DNA of 64,000 bases, from NCBI RefSeq assembly GCF_000150275.1, contig NW_002060951.1, positions 2,490,297 through 2,554,296 on the forward strand, given 5' to 3'. The notes beneath the pieces are model-generated. The model was not told the DNA's origin, made no database searches, and saw nothing but the letters and a program-made list of their open reading frames with translations. The stretch is from Trichoplax adhaerens. Lineage: Eukaryota; Animalia; Placozoa. A program made the translations under genes and the position numbers. Numbering within the stretch: position 1 is the first letter of the stretch; each line of letters starts with the position of its first letter. Positions 51,612-64,000 of the stretch are shown here, in pieces.

Positions 51612-52871
51612 ATGGCTTCGAAAGATTCTACAACTGTATCCTTTACTTCCTTCGAATCTCCTAAAATGGTGGACTTGCCTTACCACTCTATATATGGTAA
51701 TTGCCGAAATATAACCGAATTCGATAAATTAAACCGAATTGGTGAAGGTAGCTACGGAGTTGTCTATCGAGCTCGTGACTTAGATTCTAAAGAGATTGTG
51801 GCGATAAAAAAGATTCGAATGGAAAATGAGAGGGATGGAATTCCAGTTAGCAGTCTTAGAGAAATTACGCTCCTTGTCAACTTAAAGCATATCAACATTG
51901 TAAATTTAAAAGATGTTGTTGTGGGAAAACAATTAGATAGTATTTTTTTAGTTATGGAGTACTGCGAACAGGATCTGAGTAGTTTGTTGTACGATAACAT
52001 GAAAGCTCCTTTCACTGAACCACAGGTTGGCTTATACTCGCTTTGATTGGTTTATTATTAATTCTTGATAATGAACTCTATTATCGATATGTTTTAGGTC
52101 AAATGCTTATCGCTACAATTAATTCATGGAGTACAATATCTGCATCATAATTTTGTCATACATAGAGATTTAAAGGTTTCAAATCTATTATTGACCGATA
52201 AAGGCATTCTTAAGGTTGCTGATTTTGGACTGGCCAGAAATTATGGTCTTCCTGCTGCTGTAAGTGTTAATATTTAACATTTGTTTTACTAGTGTTCAGA
52301 GAGATTTGTGATAATTTGATCTCTGCAAACAGATCCTACGATTCCGCATAATTTCTGTTAGCATTAACCAAATTAATTTCGTGCACGCGTTTTTATCATT
52401 TAGCCAATGACACCCACTATTGTATCTCTATGGTATCGTGCTCCTGAAGTATTGTTAGGGTGTACCAAACATACCCTAGCAGTTGATATGTGGTCGGTTG
52501 GATGCATTATAGCGGAATTATTTGATCATAATGTATTTTTAAAAGGTAAATCAGAAAAAGATCAGTTAGATCTGATGTGTCAAATGCTTGGAACTCCGAA
52601 TGAGGCTATTTGGGAAGATATTCGTGACATGCCTCTATATGGAAAGATTATCTTAAGGCAGCAACCATATAATAATTTAAAGCACAAATTCTCTTGGTTG
52701 TCAGCTGCTGGCCTAAACTTGCTTAATAGTTTGTTAACGTATGATCCAGGTCGACGAATAACAGCTGATGAAACTTTAAAGCTTTCGTACTTTCGGGAGT
52801 CTCCATTACCTATAGAACCAGAGATGATGCCAACTTTCCCTCAACGTCGCAACCGATCATCGAAAGAGTAG
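51612..52871 (+). CDS. CDK10: Cyclin-dependent kinase 10; exons 51612-52025, 52098-52259, 52404-52871
   Basis: [28 protein letters not shown] (PISSLRE type), [46 protein letters not shown]. Confidence 0.95.
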
Positions 52872-55800
52872 TCTAATAAAATAAAACTAAATGCATGTTG
52901 CTTACTATCAAGCACGAATTTTACAAAGATAAATATCGTTTATGAATACCTACAGTATAATGCAGGCATTGATAGTAAAGCTATAATTGACGTACGATAC
53001 TAAGTTTGAATTTATTAATTACAGATTACTTTCTATACTGTACAATACTCAGCGTATGAGCTTGTAAATGTTTATATGATTCAGTGGTTAACAAGGAAAG
53101 ATTTATGATACTTTTGATATGTTACTATTAATGTACTGATGCGAATTGTGAATCATTCTGTACGTGTACGTAGAGTATACTTCATAATAGTATTCAATAT
53201 TCTGGACTCGATTAGGATTGTTTAAACCAGTCGTGATACAATCGTCCATATAGTCTTAAGAAGATCGTTGTTCTAAATATTTTGAAAGAGAAATACAGTA
53301 ACCATAATTTGATATTGTACACGTCCAGTTAATCATAAATCTCTTTAAGTTATTAATTTGCTAATCTTCATATTGTAATTTTCATTAATATGAGAAATAA
53401 GCGCACTTAAATACTCTCTCATATGGCGTGTTTCATGTATACAAACTTAAAAATTAGTTCCAGATAGTCGCACATTAAGCAGCGTAAGGTCACTAAGTTT
53501 AACTGACTATTTTATCTACCAAGTATAAAAAATAATATAATATTGTTAGCTATTCTGAGACTAGGGTCTTGAACACATAAAGCTGATTGTAATGTTTTGA
53601 AATTGTGTAACTGATGGAAATTCGATACATTCAGACACAAACTTTTATATTAAAAACATGCTGTTACAACTGATAGACTATATGAATTAGTTTAGACTTA
53701 TCATAACTGGCATATTATAGAATCTCTTTAATAATTAAAATTAATTAATTGACCAACTCTCCAATATAGGATATAGCATTTTAGAAAACCACTTGTTTTC
53801 CCTCGTACGCGTATGTATGCGATTGTTGTAGATGTAAATGTGCTCGAACTCAACCAGTTTGATGCCGCATCTGTTGTAATTATTACGGTCGCGTCATAAC
53901 TTAGTATTGGACCAACAGATTCCATTCATGGGCAATGCTTTCTTTCACAATGTGTCAAATTTCACTGCTCAGATCGGTTCGAGTTGGCGTAACTGTTATG
54001 ATAGCGTAAATACGAAATACGAAATATTACGCTGTTTGACGATAGGATAGGTAAATACGTGTGTATAGTACTGTACTCCTATGCAATATGATTTATGTTA
54101 CACACCCACTAATAAATGAAATGATCACAGAATGAAACTTAAACTTTGGAAGATTTAAAGGTTGATAGCGTGTAAAGGAGATTATTTGATATACGGTAGT
54201 ACCAAGTACTGTACTTGTAAAGTATAAAGAGTAGTTGTACAAATTTTGTTTAGGAGATATATTATAGGCGGTAATAAATTATAATTAATATAATTAATAG
54301 GCGTACTACTTTTTTTATTAGTAAATATTTAAAAAATTACAAGGACGAGCCAAACAGAATTGTTCTCCTTTAAATATATGTGCATATTAATGTACTCTTA
54401 ATTGTCAAGATTTCCAAATTTAATTAACCAAAGTTCAGATGTTACTCTGTAAAGAATCTAGAGGACGATCATTCTGCGGCTTTACAAACAAAGAGTTGAA
54501 ATATTGTGAGATACCCAATCGTTCTGATTGTAATAGTCCCTATTTACATATGCGTATGAATGCACGTGTATACAAATATATTAGTTATGATACCTTGTTT
54601 CACGTGCGTAATTGGCTGGCAAAGTCAGTAAAATTAGTAAGCGAGGTTATAAATGTGTATGATAATATGGAATTACTGTAATTTCAGCAAACTAATTATC
54701 CTTTCATAGTAGGCAATTCGATATACTATACACGACTGTGAATTCATATAATCCATTACAATAGATTAAAAAATTTGGCTTCACTTAAAAAAAATTGAGT
54801 GCTTCGAAGCTAAGAATATACACTTCAACAACCGTTCAGTGAATCTATTACAATCTGCCTAGGCTGATACACTGTCTCTTTAATAACAAATCAAATATCA
54901 TTAGATCTCATGACTCTTAAGACTCATTACACTGATTGCAGTGTAGTAGCCAAAGGTAAAATAAAATTATAATTAAGCCAACTAAAATTATGAGTAGGAG
55001 GAGGGATGTGTTAAAAAACTAAAATTGTATACTCCTAATTCCACTATATAAAATTTACATATATTCTGAAGCCATCGCAAATAATGATTAACATATAAGT
55101 ATTTACTTAATGATGCATCGTGATACTAGTCCAATCCTTATGTGTGATGCTTAAAATCTTTGCAACGTACAATATTCGTATGTTACTGATTGCAATATCC
55201 TTAATTCTCCATGTAGCTTCAATAAGTCCGTACTAAAAACTTCGTATATATCATATCAGATTTTAACTTTATCAAGGAATTAAGTTTTCGAAGAACTATA
55301 TCACCTTTATCAATGTCCTCGTATGTACCTATGATTAATGAGAAATCTATTGCCCTTGCAAAGGATGATAGCTCAAGTCATATCAACCCAATATTCATAG
55401 CAAAACAACAACAGAATAATCGCTAATAGATTGGAGAAACTATAGGTGTATACTGACACAACTAGGGTGAATCATTTATTTTCTTTTAAAAACTAGCTCT
55501 AGTATGACTAGAGCAAACAGGTAATCAAGCTGACAAACTCCACCGCATACCAAAATCTATTTATTAAGAGGCTACCGGCATAAATTGTAGGCAACATTTC
55601 TGTAGCAACTCCAGATATCTTGTAATATTGTAGCTACTGTCAATGACGAAGGTACGATAATAAAATACATGTTTTCTATATACCCTTTCAATTGTAACAT
55701 ACATCAACAGCCAATTTAATTAAAGTGTAAAAGCCAATATGTGTTATATTCGAGGTCACTGTCACTAGATACAACCTGTAGCATCTGCAAGAGGTAAGTT

Positions 55801-56370
55801 AATGCAGTCTATTTCTGATATCTTTGTCTCAAACATTGTACTTCAAGAATCGATTTTATACGTGAATATGGACTTTGCTCCTTACATTCATCAGTGTTAG
55901 TTATCACATTAAGATAAAAGGCGGTATGCATATTTAACCTTCTTTAAAAATACAATGTAAAGGTACATACGCACGAGTCAATATTTATTGTGCGATTCCG
56001 TTGCAGAATAATGGATGAGTTCATGTCTCATCAGATTGCGTCTGTTCGGGTTCAGTAAGGCATTTTCTGAATATAACATTCCAAAAGCTCCAAAACAATT
56101 TTTATCTCACCAGACAATTTTTGGAGTAAGCGCTAAAAATTGACAAGTTTACGACTAAACTCTATTAAACGCGTAGCATTCCTTTTCAGATTAGAACTAA
56201 AGTAAAGGTGGATAAAATTATTTGCTGCAATAATGTTTGCTGACAACATTTATCGTCGAATTATATAATTACTGCAATTAAAATTAATTAATTATCAAGT
56301 ATATAAAAGTTATCTCGCTAATGCTGATTTTTTCGCCTGATGTTTCAGTTTTTGCAGCTATCTTTCTAAA

Positions 56371-57931
56371 ATGGAAAACGAACTCGCACGCAAATGGAAA
56401 TTGGATCATAGTGAAAACTTTGAAGAATACATGGTGAAATTGGGCAAGTGAATATAAGTATTTAAAAAGCAGATCTTTCAAATGATCTTAAACTAGTTTA
56501 AATCTCGCTCTTTACGATTCTATGGACTGTAACAAAATGCCACGTTCAAAAATTATTGCTGATGATTCTTAATTACAACGATATAAACATCATTTTGTTG
56601 ATACTACAACGAGATTAAATTGAGAAATGATAATAATGCTTGAACCAAACTGCTGCATAAGTCTTTATCAGTGCTGTAACAGCAAACATTGTAACAGATT
56701 ACTCATTGAATCACCTTTAAGCATTTCGTTCAGACTGTTCTTAGTCTACAGATCAGAAGTTTCAGCAATATAGCCGCAACATTGTTATTTATGCAATACT
56801 CGTATATTTTTCTGTAGTGCAGAAGTTTAGCGTCTTAATGTTATTAATAGTTAAAAGATCGACATTCCAGAATTACTGGTAAAATTACTCATAAAAAGAT
56901 CCAGTCTGTTCAATAAAATTACGGTGTCGTTGTAAAAAATAATATTTCAACTAACTGCAAGTATGAACTGCGAGTTAATGTTAAACAAGATATCACTATG
57001 CGTATGTCGTCATGCACGATACTTTGTACGTTTATAATTTAGTATAAGTAAGTTTTCAGAATTTTTATTCAAAATTGTTTATTGTTTGTATGTGATATGC
57101 TTCTAGGCGTTAACTTCGTCAAACGCAAGCTTGCTAAAGCAACCACGAATGTAGTGCAAACCATTACTATCGATGGCGACAACATTAGAATTGTTATGAC
57201 CTCTCCAGTAACTACAAAAGATACTACATTCATCGTTGGTCAACCAGTCGAGGAGACGACTTTGCATGGAGAAAAAGTGAAGGTACTGTATTTAATTATG
57301 CTCTTAATCTTTAACATCTGTTATACCTGCTGTTAAAGTACCCCAATGACTAAAGTTTTATTAAATTTATTAGGATAATTTCCGAGTTTTGGCTGTATTA
57401 GCTATAGCGTTTTGTTGCTATATATTAGTATTTCAATAAGATGTGCTGTAGACAACGCTGATCTTATTAAAATTGTAGATAAATAATTCTTTCTTTAATT
57501 TTTAATTTAAGCCTTACGATACAGTCAGAAATTATGTATTAAATTTTAATCTCATTTAAAAAAATTTCATCATAGTCTACATCTCAACTGCAGATATTTA
57601 TTCGAATCTTTTATTAACAGTAAAATTTTTCACTAAAAATATTTACGTAGACTACCATAAGATGGGAAGGTGATAAGTTAGTAGCAGAATCAACTGAATG
57701 CAAACAACCACTAACCAATACGAGACATGTAGAAAATGGCATGATGGTCAATGTAAGTCTTAAATAAACTCTACAACTATGTTACTTGATTAGATTATGA
57801 ATTTTAGAACGAAGGAAAGTTCTATACAGTACTATAAAAGCGGTTAATGAAATGCTTCAACTATTATCTGGTTTTCGTAGACTCTAACTGTTGCTGATGT
57901 GACGTGCCGAAGATTCTATAAGAGCTCATAA
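56371..57931 (+). CDS. Fatty-acid-binding protein (iLBP) 1; exons 56371-56443, 57107-57282, 57651-57752, 57881-57931; intron 1 is GC-AG
   Basis: MENELARKWKLDHSENFEEYMVKLGVNFVKRKLA...WEGDKLV...VTCRRFYKSS*; classic FABP 4-exon layout. Confidence 0.9.
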
Positions 57932-59276
57932 GAATTCATTATATACGGATATATTGGTTTTAGTAGTATTATCAATAGGAAAAATTTTTAATCAAAATCA
58001 TATTTTACATTCGAAGGGCAGTAACTAGCCTTTTTGAAATTGCTGTAAGTTGTAAATTGACCAATATCCGGTAACAGTAGAAGATTTCGCATAATGTAAT
58101 GTTCACTAGTAAAAATGTAACATGTTTAGGATCAAATTCGAGGAATCTGCTTTGCTCATCATTTATAACTTTTCTAATAGTATGCTCATTTTTCAAATGT
58201 TTCGCCATACAAAGGTTAACAATCCTATTCGCATTGAGTGCAGCTATTACGAATTATTTCTTGAAAGCTGAATCGCGTAGTTAAGTTGAGTGGTATCTGC
58301 AGCTATAAAGAAGTTTCAAGATTTTTACAAGTATGATAATAAAGCCAGCTGCTATATGATACTGTTACAGTCGCATTTATCTGACAATAAAAGATGATTG
58401 GTAAAAAGTGAGCTTTTCCTTGTTAAATAAAAATATTTAGTGAATAGTATATTATGTGATGATGCAACATACTATAAGTATCATCACTAGTCTATGGTGC
58501 CAAAGTGCCATGCCGTACATGATATCAAGATGACATCTTTAAAATTAATATATCATGTATCACATATACTGTAATATGCACTTCAGTTTCGCCTTCCGTA
58601 ATGGCCTTCAGGAAATCGTCGTGAAAATATAATTATAGCCTGCTATACTAATGATTTTGGGAATACCATACAAATGTGTACGAGAATGGCATCTGACAGG
58701 CTTTTAATGTTAAAACCGTGAGTATGTGAAAATTGATTTAATCTTATTTCGAACATCGAGGTATCGAAATAACTAGAAGATATCTACCAGTATTTAGTTA
58801 TAATCCCAATTAAATAAAAAGGAATCTACAATATTTGGATACAGCTTCTAAAATTTAACTTTGACATTGACTAACGACTACCTTGCAACAAGCCTTTGAT
58901 TGATTGATGAAATCATCTGTGTTTACGTTACAGTAACCGATAAATTTACACTATTAAAATAGGCATCAATGATAAAAATTATACTTTCCCTGTTCGCACT
59001 GATATTATATATAGAGAGAGACAGTATATGTCTAACCCATTTTTTATAAAGTGGAAAAAGATAAAAAAATAATGTAAACATTGTTAACAAATCATTTTAT
59101 TGGCATATGTTCATAATTAGTCTATGGAATACAAAAATGTGGGATGCATTAATGTATAGATTACTAAATATTAACCAAGTACAGGAATACCCTTTTTAAA
59201 TCGAATAAAAATATAAAACAGTTTTTAATCAAAACGTCAGATTTCCCCGAAAGATTTATTTCTAACTTTATCAGCT

Positions 59277-60438
59277 ATGAAATCACACACGCAATGTCCG
59301 CTTGTTGGGACCTGGAAATTAGATCATACGGAGAACTATGATTGTTATTTGAAACAGTTAGGTATACGCAGGAAACAATAAAATACCGAAGTGTCATTTG
59401 CATTTCGCTATATTAATTAATATTGCATATCTTTTCCAGATAATTATATCACTTCATGTAGCAGTAAAGTTCATTTCTACTCCTCTAATATTTTAGGGGT
59501 AAACTCAGTTAAGCGACACTTGGCTATGGTGACAACTAACATCCAAGAAGAAATCCGCCAAATTGATTTGCAAACATTTGTATGTAAAATTTGGTCACCC
59601 GTTCTTACAAAACAGACCACTTATAAACTTGATCAAGAACTATCTGAGAATACTTTGGTTGGCGAAAGAGTCAAGGTAAAATACGAAGGTTTAGTAAAAA
59701 CCGATCACTTGCCGGTAATTTGGATTTCTTTCAAAGCAGTAATTTTAACTTTGCCTATACTATAATCCGGCTAAGTTTTAAACTTCACATATTAAGAATG
59801 AGTTATGGCAAAAGATTGTCTGTAAAAGTAAAACAATTCAATAAAAATTTAAAACAGAAATCAAATTACACGCGAACATTTGAGATAGAGTACTTTTCCA
59901 TTATATTGGTATATTTTCAAACGATACTGTAGTACATTAAAAATCCTATACTTATTATTAATAAACTTACCACTACTGGAATTCAACTATCAGAAACGAT
60001 ATTTTTGATAAGAATTTACTATAACAATTCTTCTTTCCTTTCAGTATACCTCTCATAAATACCATGTTACATATTTAGTTACCAACTTTAAATCATTAAT
60101 GCTTAGTTTTGTAAGTATGTGTATTAGTGGATCACGAATACTATGTTTTGAATGTAGCCTTTGACATTTTTTGCATATGTAGAGTATTATGAGTTGGGAA
60201 GAAGAGAAACTCTTTATTCGATGTACAGAATCGCGACAGCCGCAGCATGATGTCAGATACCTCGATGACGGATATATGATACATGTAAGAAGTTACTTAC
60301 AGAGATGCGATTAAATTTAGTTCTATGATTCTTTATCACCTGATATCGGTTATTAAGTAATAACCTTAATCCTTTGAACAATAGGAATATGTCGTTAATA
60401 ACGTTCCCACAAAGCATTTCTACTTAAGGGTTAAATAG
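59277..60438 (+). CDS. Fatty-acid-binding protein (iLBP) 2, divergent tandem paralogue; exons 59277-59361, 59497-59675, 60183-60284, 60385-60438
   Basis: LVGTWKLDHTENYDCYLKQLGVNSVKRHLA...MSWEEEKL...KHFYLRVK*; same intron positions as copy 1. Confidence 0.87.
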
Positions 60439-63400
60439 GAGACCCGTAGCAAATTTTCTACTGGTAAATCTTTTACTCGTACTACAAAATTAGGCTGGCT
60501 TTAAACCTGGCAAATTCTTAGCTTATACATCTACACTGAAGAACCGAACTAATTTGATAATGCTACTAAATTCTTTTATCGTATTCAATTATAGATACTA
60601 CATACTATTAGGCAGCATTATAATTCGATACAGATAAATCAGTTTAATGACTGATTAAAAGCCAGATAACGTATTGTATCTGCCACCCTAAACAGACGTC
60701 ACGCACCACGGTCCGACTAAATATACTGGATCCCCTTAACGATTAGACTACTTACAAGTTGAAATGTAACCAACTGCTACCAGGAAATGTTGATGGATAT
60801 TAATAATGTTTACATGCTATAATTGATATCCTTTTAAGTATCAGTTCATACTTAACAAGTGATTATAATATTTCCTCGGCATCCGATTTACAGTATTTTA
60901 AAGTTATGCCTAAGACGAATTATGACATCTACTATTCTGTTTGTTCATGGGACGAAGATTAATTTATTACAGATAAGAATAATCAGTAAATGAATTGCTG
61001 CATGCCAAAGCATATACATTAATTCTATTCGATCGAGCGATAATGAAAGCATTTCATTTGATCACCGTTTACATTGCTGCCTTAAAGGCTCCTATAGTAT
61101 AGCGATCGGTAATGGATAGAAAATTATCAGTTTTACACTACTGTAAAAGCCGGCTATCGTATGTAACAAGTTAAAAATAGCTTAAAATTCATTCTAGAAT
61201 TATGTGTACTAAATACCTACATATTTGAACAGTAAACAGCAGAAAATTGAACTGAGTACGCGTATTTATATACGCTAGAGTACATTAGTTATTGACTAAA
61301 TAATTAAGCATTGGAGATTATAATTTTAACTTTCATTCCGTTAATATAGAACTATAATTTCAAAAATTTAAAGAGACTTCAATTACATTTTTTATATTAA
61401 GGCAATTATTTTAAATTTACGTTATCGTATGAGAATATAATCGCGTGATGTTACATTATGTACAAGGTGGGTGAAAAGTAAAATTATTAGATTACTAACA
61501 TTTTATCCCCGTTTAAAATTAGCGGGAAACTATTTTTTTCTAACTTATGGTCGCTAAATCTATTCACAATAGATTGTAGAATTACGTAGAGTACAATTTA
61601 ACTGCTGCGTACAACTAAGTAAACGGGAATTGCTATACATATGTATATTTGTTGACTGTCGACCAATGCGTATGTTTAGCTATAGATATCTATACTTATA
61701 TCTAGCTGCTCTTTAGCTAGAATTCGCCAGCTCTCTAATAGCTGCTAATGCTATATTACTGTTTATATCGTTGACAATAAACGCTAAAAATGAATTCACA
61801 AAGTTTAGTTTCATATGCACAACCATTTACTTCCTTGACACCTTTAATGGCTTATTATCTAGTTAGATATCATAGTCATTCCATTTAACGCCATCACTTG
61901 TAATTAGAAGTCATCACATATACTGAAATCGTGGCACAGTATCTCTGTCACGAAGTGACAGGACGTTAAGCTAGTGCTTCTAAAAAATAACTGTGTTTTG
62001 CAATTGGTTTACTAGCTTAGTGAAATTATAAGTGCTGTATCGCTCTTCATATTATGTGATGATATGAAATTTTTAAAGTTTGATTTTAGAGGATTGTAGT
62101 CGCGCACCCATACGTGATTATACGGATAGCTATATTTGATATAATTAGGTTGCCTTGAATAGATATTACCGTGAAGCTAATATTAGGTGATTACTGACTA
62201 CTATATTAGAAATTGTTGTTGACTAATAGCAGCCAGTCGACTAATTATGGTACAAGATTTACGTAGCTAGAAACACTGTAGTTGCTAAGATGCCCTTCGG
62301 AGAAAGGGCCTAGACGTTAATAGAAGAGTAGTGACATCTTAAGTAGAATGATTTAGATCGTAGAAAATAATGATGTGCTGTTAGAGAAAAGTATTTTGTT
62401 TGATGACTCATGTCTGATTGTAGATTAATCAAGTTGTCATAAATGGATTTGACGAAATATTTATAAGAACTGCAGAGATGAGCTCACCGAGGAGAAGCGA
62501 CTTCACTTCGCTTTGAGCTCGGAATACTTTAGATTTTAGACTAGATTCTTCTAGTGATTAATTATTTCTCTACTATTCCTAAAACCTTGTAATAAAAGCC
62601 TTTTTAGAAAATAGTATTTGACAAAGATAGTTACTGTGAGACGCATTTATTTTAAGGATCTATTAATCTTAAGTGAGGCTATTGTGCATGAACAATTAGC
62701 GTTCTTACAGTTATATGAATAAACTTTATCGAATAATTAACTTTTAATTAAAGATTTCTACTTTGTATGAAAGGTTAAGATTTCCTTAATTAGATCACTA
62801 GATTTATTGCTGCTTATGTAAATCTAAAGATATTTTATATCTTTAAATTTAGTTAGATATAAAAAAGCATCATGTACGCTATAATTTAAAATAGCTTTTA
62901 TCTCTATTACATTAGAAAGATATTACGATTACTATGTTCATTCTATGATACCTGACCATAAATGAGACATCTTATAAGTGATTTAGACTAAGAATGCTTA
63001 CAGGATTTCGAGTATAAAAATAAACTAGTGAATTTCTACTTTTAAAGAGTAGAACTAAGGAAGAGTTAATATTCATAGCTTATATCTAATAGATTTATAA
63101 ATATAGAACTAAATGTATTGTGCTTTAAACATTTTAACTCTAACGCCGCATGCGGCATATTACTGAAGTCAAACGTTAGGCACATAATCAAAATAGTCAG
63201 AAATGGCAGAGTGTAAACTCCACTTATAATCTAAGTACGGCATTTTATCCGGCACAGTGTACCATCACTGTAAAAACAAAAATAAATGATTTTGTCTAAT
63301 TTACTACTTTGACAGCGCAATTGCACAAAGATAACTTTCGAGTTATTGCAAGAATGAAATATCAAAATTTTTTCTGTAGGATAGTGAAATAATTGCCAAT

Positions 63401-64000
63401 TCTTAGTAACAAGACTTTAAGGATGATAATTGTTAGATTCGTTCTACGATGTCATCACTCCTAAAATTAGTAAGCTGTGCTTTGTAAATCTAGATATTCC
63501 AGAGGAATGCGCCTGCCAAATGAAATTAGTAAGTCTGTAATTAATTGATATAATATTACCTATCGCTGCTGATTAGTAATTGGCATTGTGTATATAAAAT
63601 TAAGTATTGATACCATAAACAAATATACTGTACAATAGCCAAAGCGGATCTAGTAGAACGTTAAAGCTACGTTTATAGGTAATATAGGTTCGATTTATTT
63701 CCGTGTTGAATAATTGACTTGTTTGCTAAATCACTTTCAAATTCCTTTAAAGTTGAATTATAGCTAGTAACAATCTTCAGTAACTGGGAGGTTATACGAT
63801 ATGAGCATATGTTACAATATTTATATTTTGTCAATTGAATTACACAAATCTTCTCAAGTGAGATATTAATGAAAATGTTATGTACACAACAGCCACATGT
63901 ATTACACTCGTAATCTCAGATACAACACCATTACTACGTCAGTCTTTAAACTTCCTTTTGATTGCGTACTATTAATATATTGGTTCCGGTAATTGTTTTC

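Noticed and set aside
53728-54000. Coding exon or pseudogene in a slightly GC-richer patch
   Set aside because: No recognisable motif and no consistent splice partners.
60500-64000. Genes or transposon ORFs in the terminal 3.5 kb
   Set aside because: No ORF of 60 aa or more in the track and no exon chain I could support.

Overview
AT-rich, gene-dense eukaryotic DNA with many short GT-AG introns. The style and proteins suggest a compact early-branching animal genome, most like a placozoan (Trichoplax-type); this is an inference, not a database result. By following splice sites and reading frames by hand I could assemble 15 protein-coding genes plus a partial one at the left edge: a DsbA-like thiol oxidoreductase, paxillin, CD2BP2, NIF3L1, three NUDT19 paralogues, a TMEM134/230-like gene, a Sel1-repeat protein with a mitochondrial-type leader, an ankyrin-less ANKRD27/VARP-like VPS9 protein, an NB-ARC-like STAND-TPR protein, SMARCB1, CDK10 and two FABPs. 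Ten of these genes form five head-to-head pairs. The most notable observations are: (1) (CAGTA)n/(TACTG)n quasi-palindromic pentamer arrays at nearly every housekeeping-gene 5' end; (2) an ungapped 53-bp hairpin flanked by splice signals inside the unusually long first intron of SMARCB1; (3) a STAND-TPR protein carrying a mitochondrial presequence-like leader and TM anchor in place of an effector domain; (4) NUDT19 paralogues of which only one keeps the peroxisomal SKL signal; (5) a VARP-like GEF that stops after its VPS9 domain. I found no tRNA, rRNA, CRISPR array or autonomous transposon. The last ~3.5 kb has no feature I can support.
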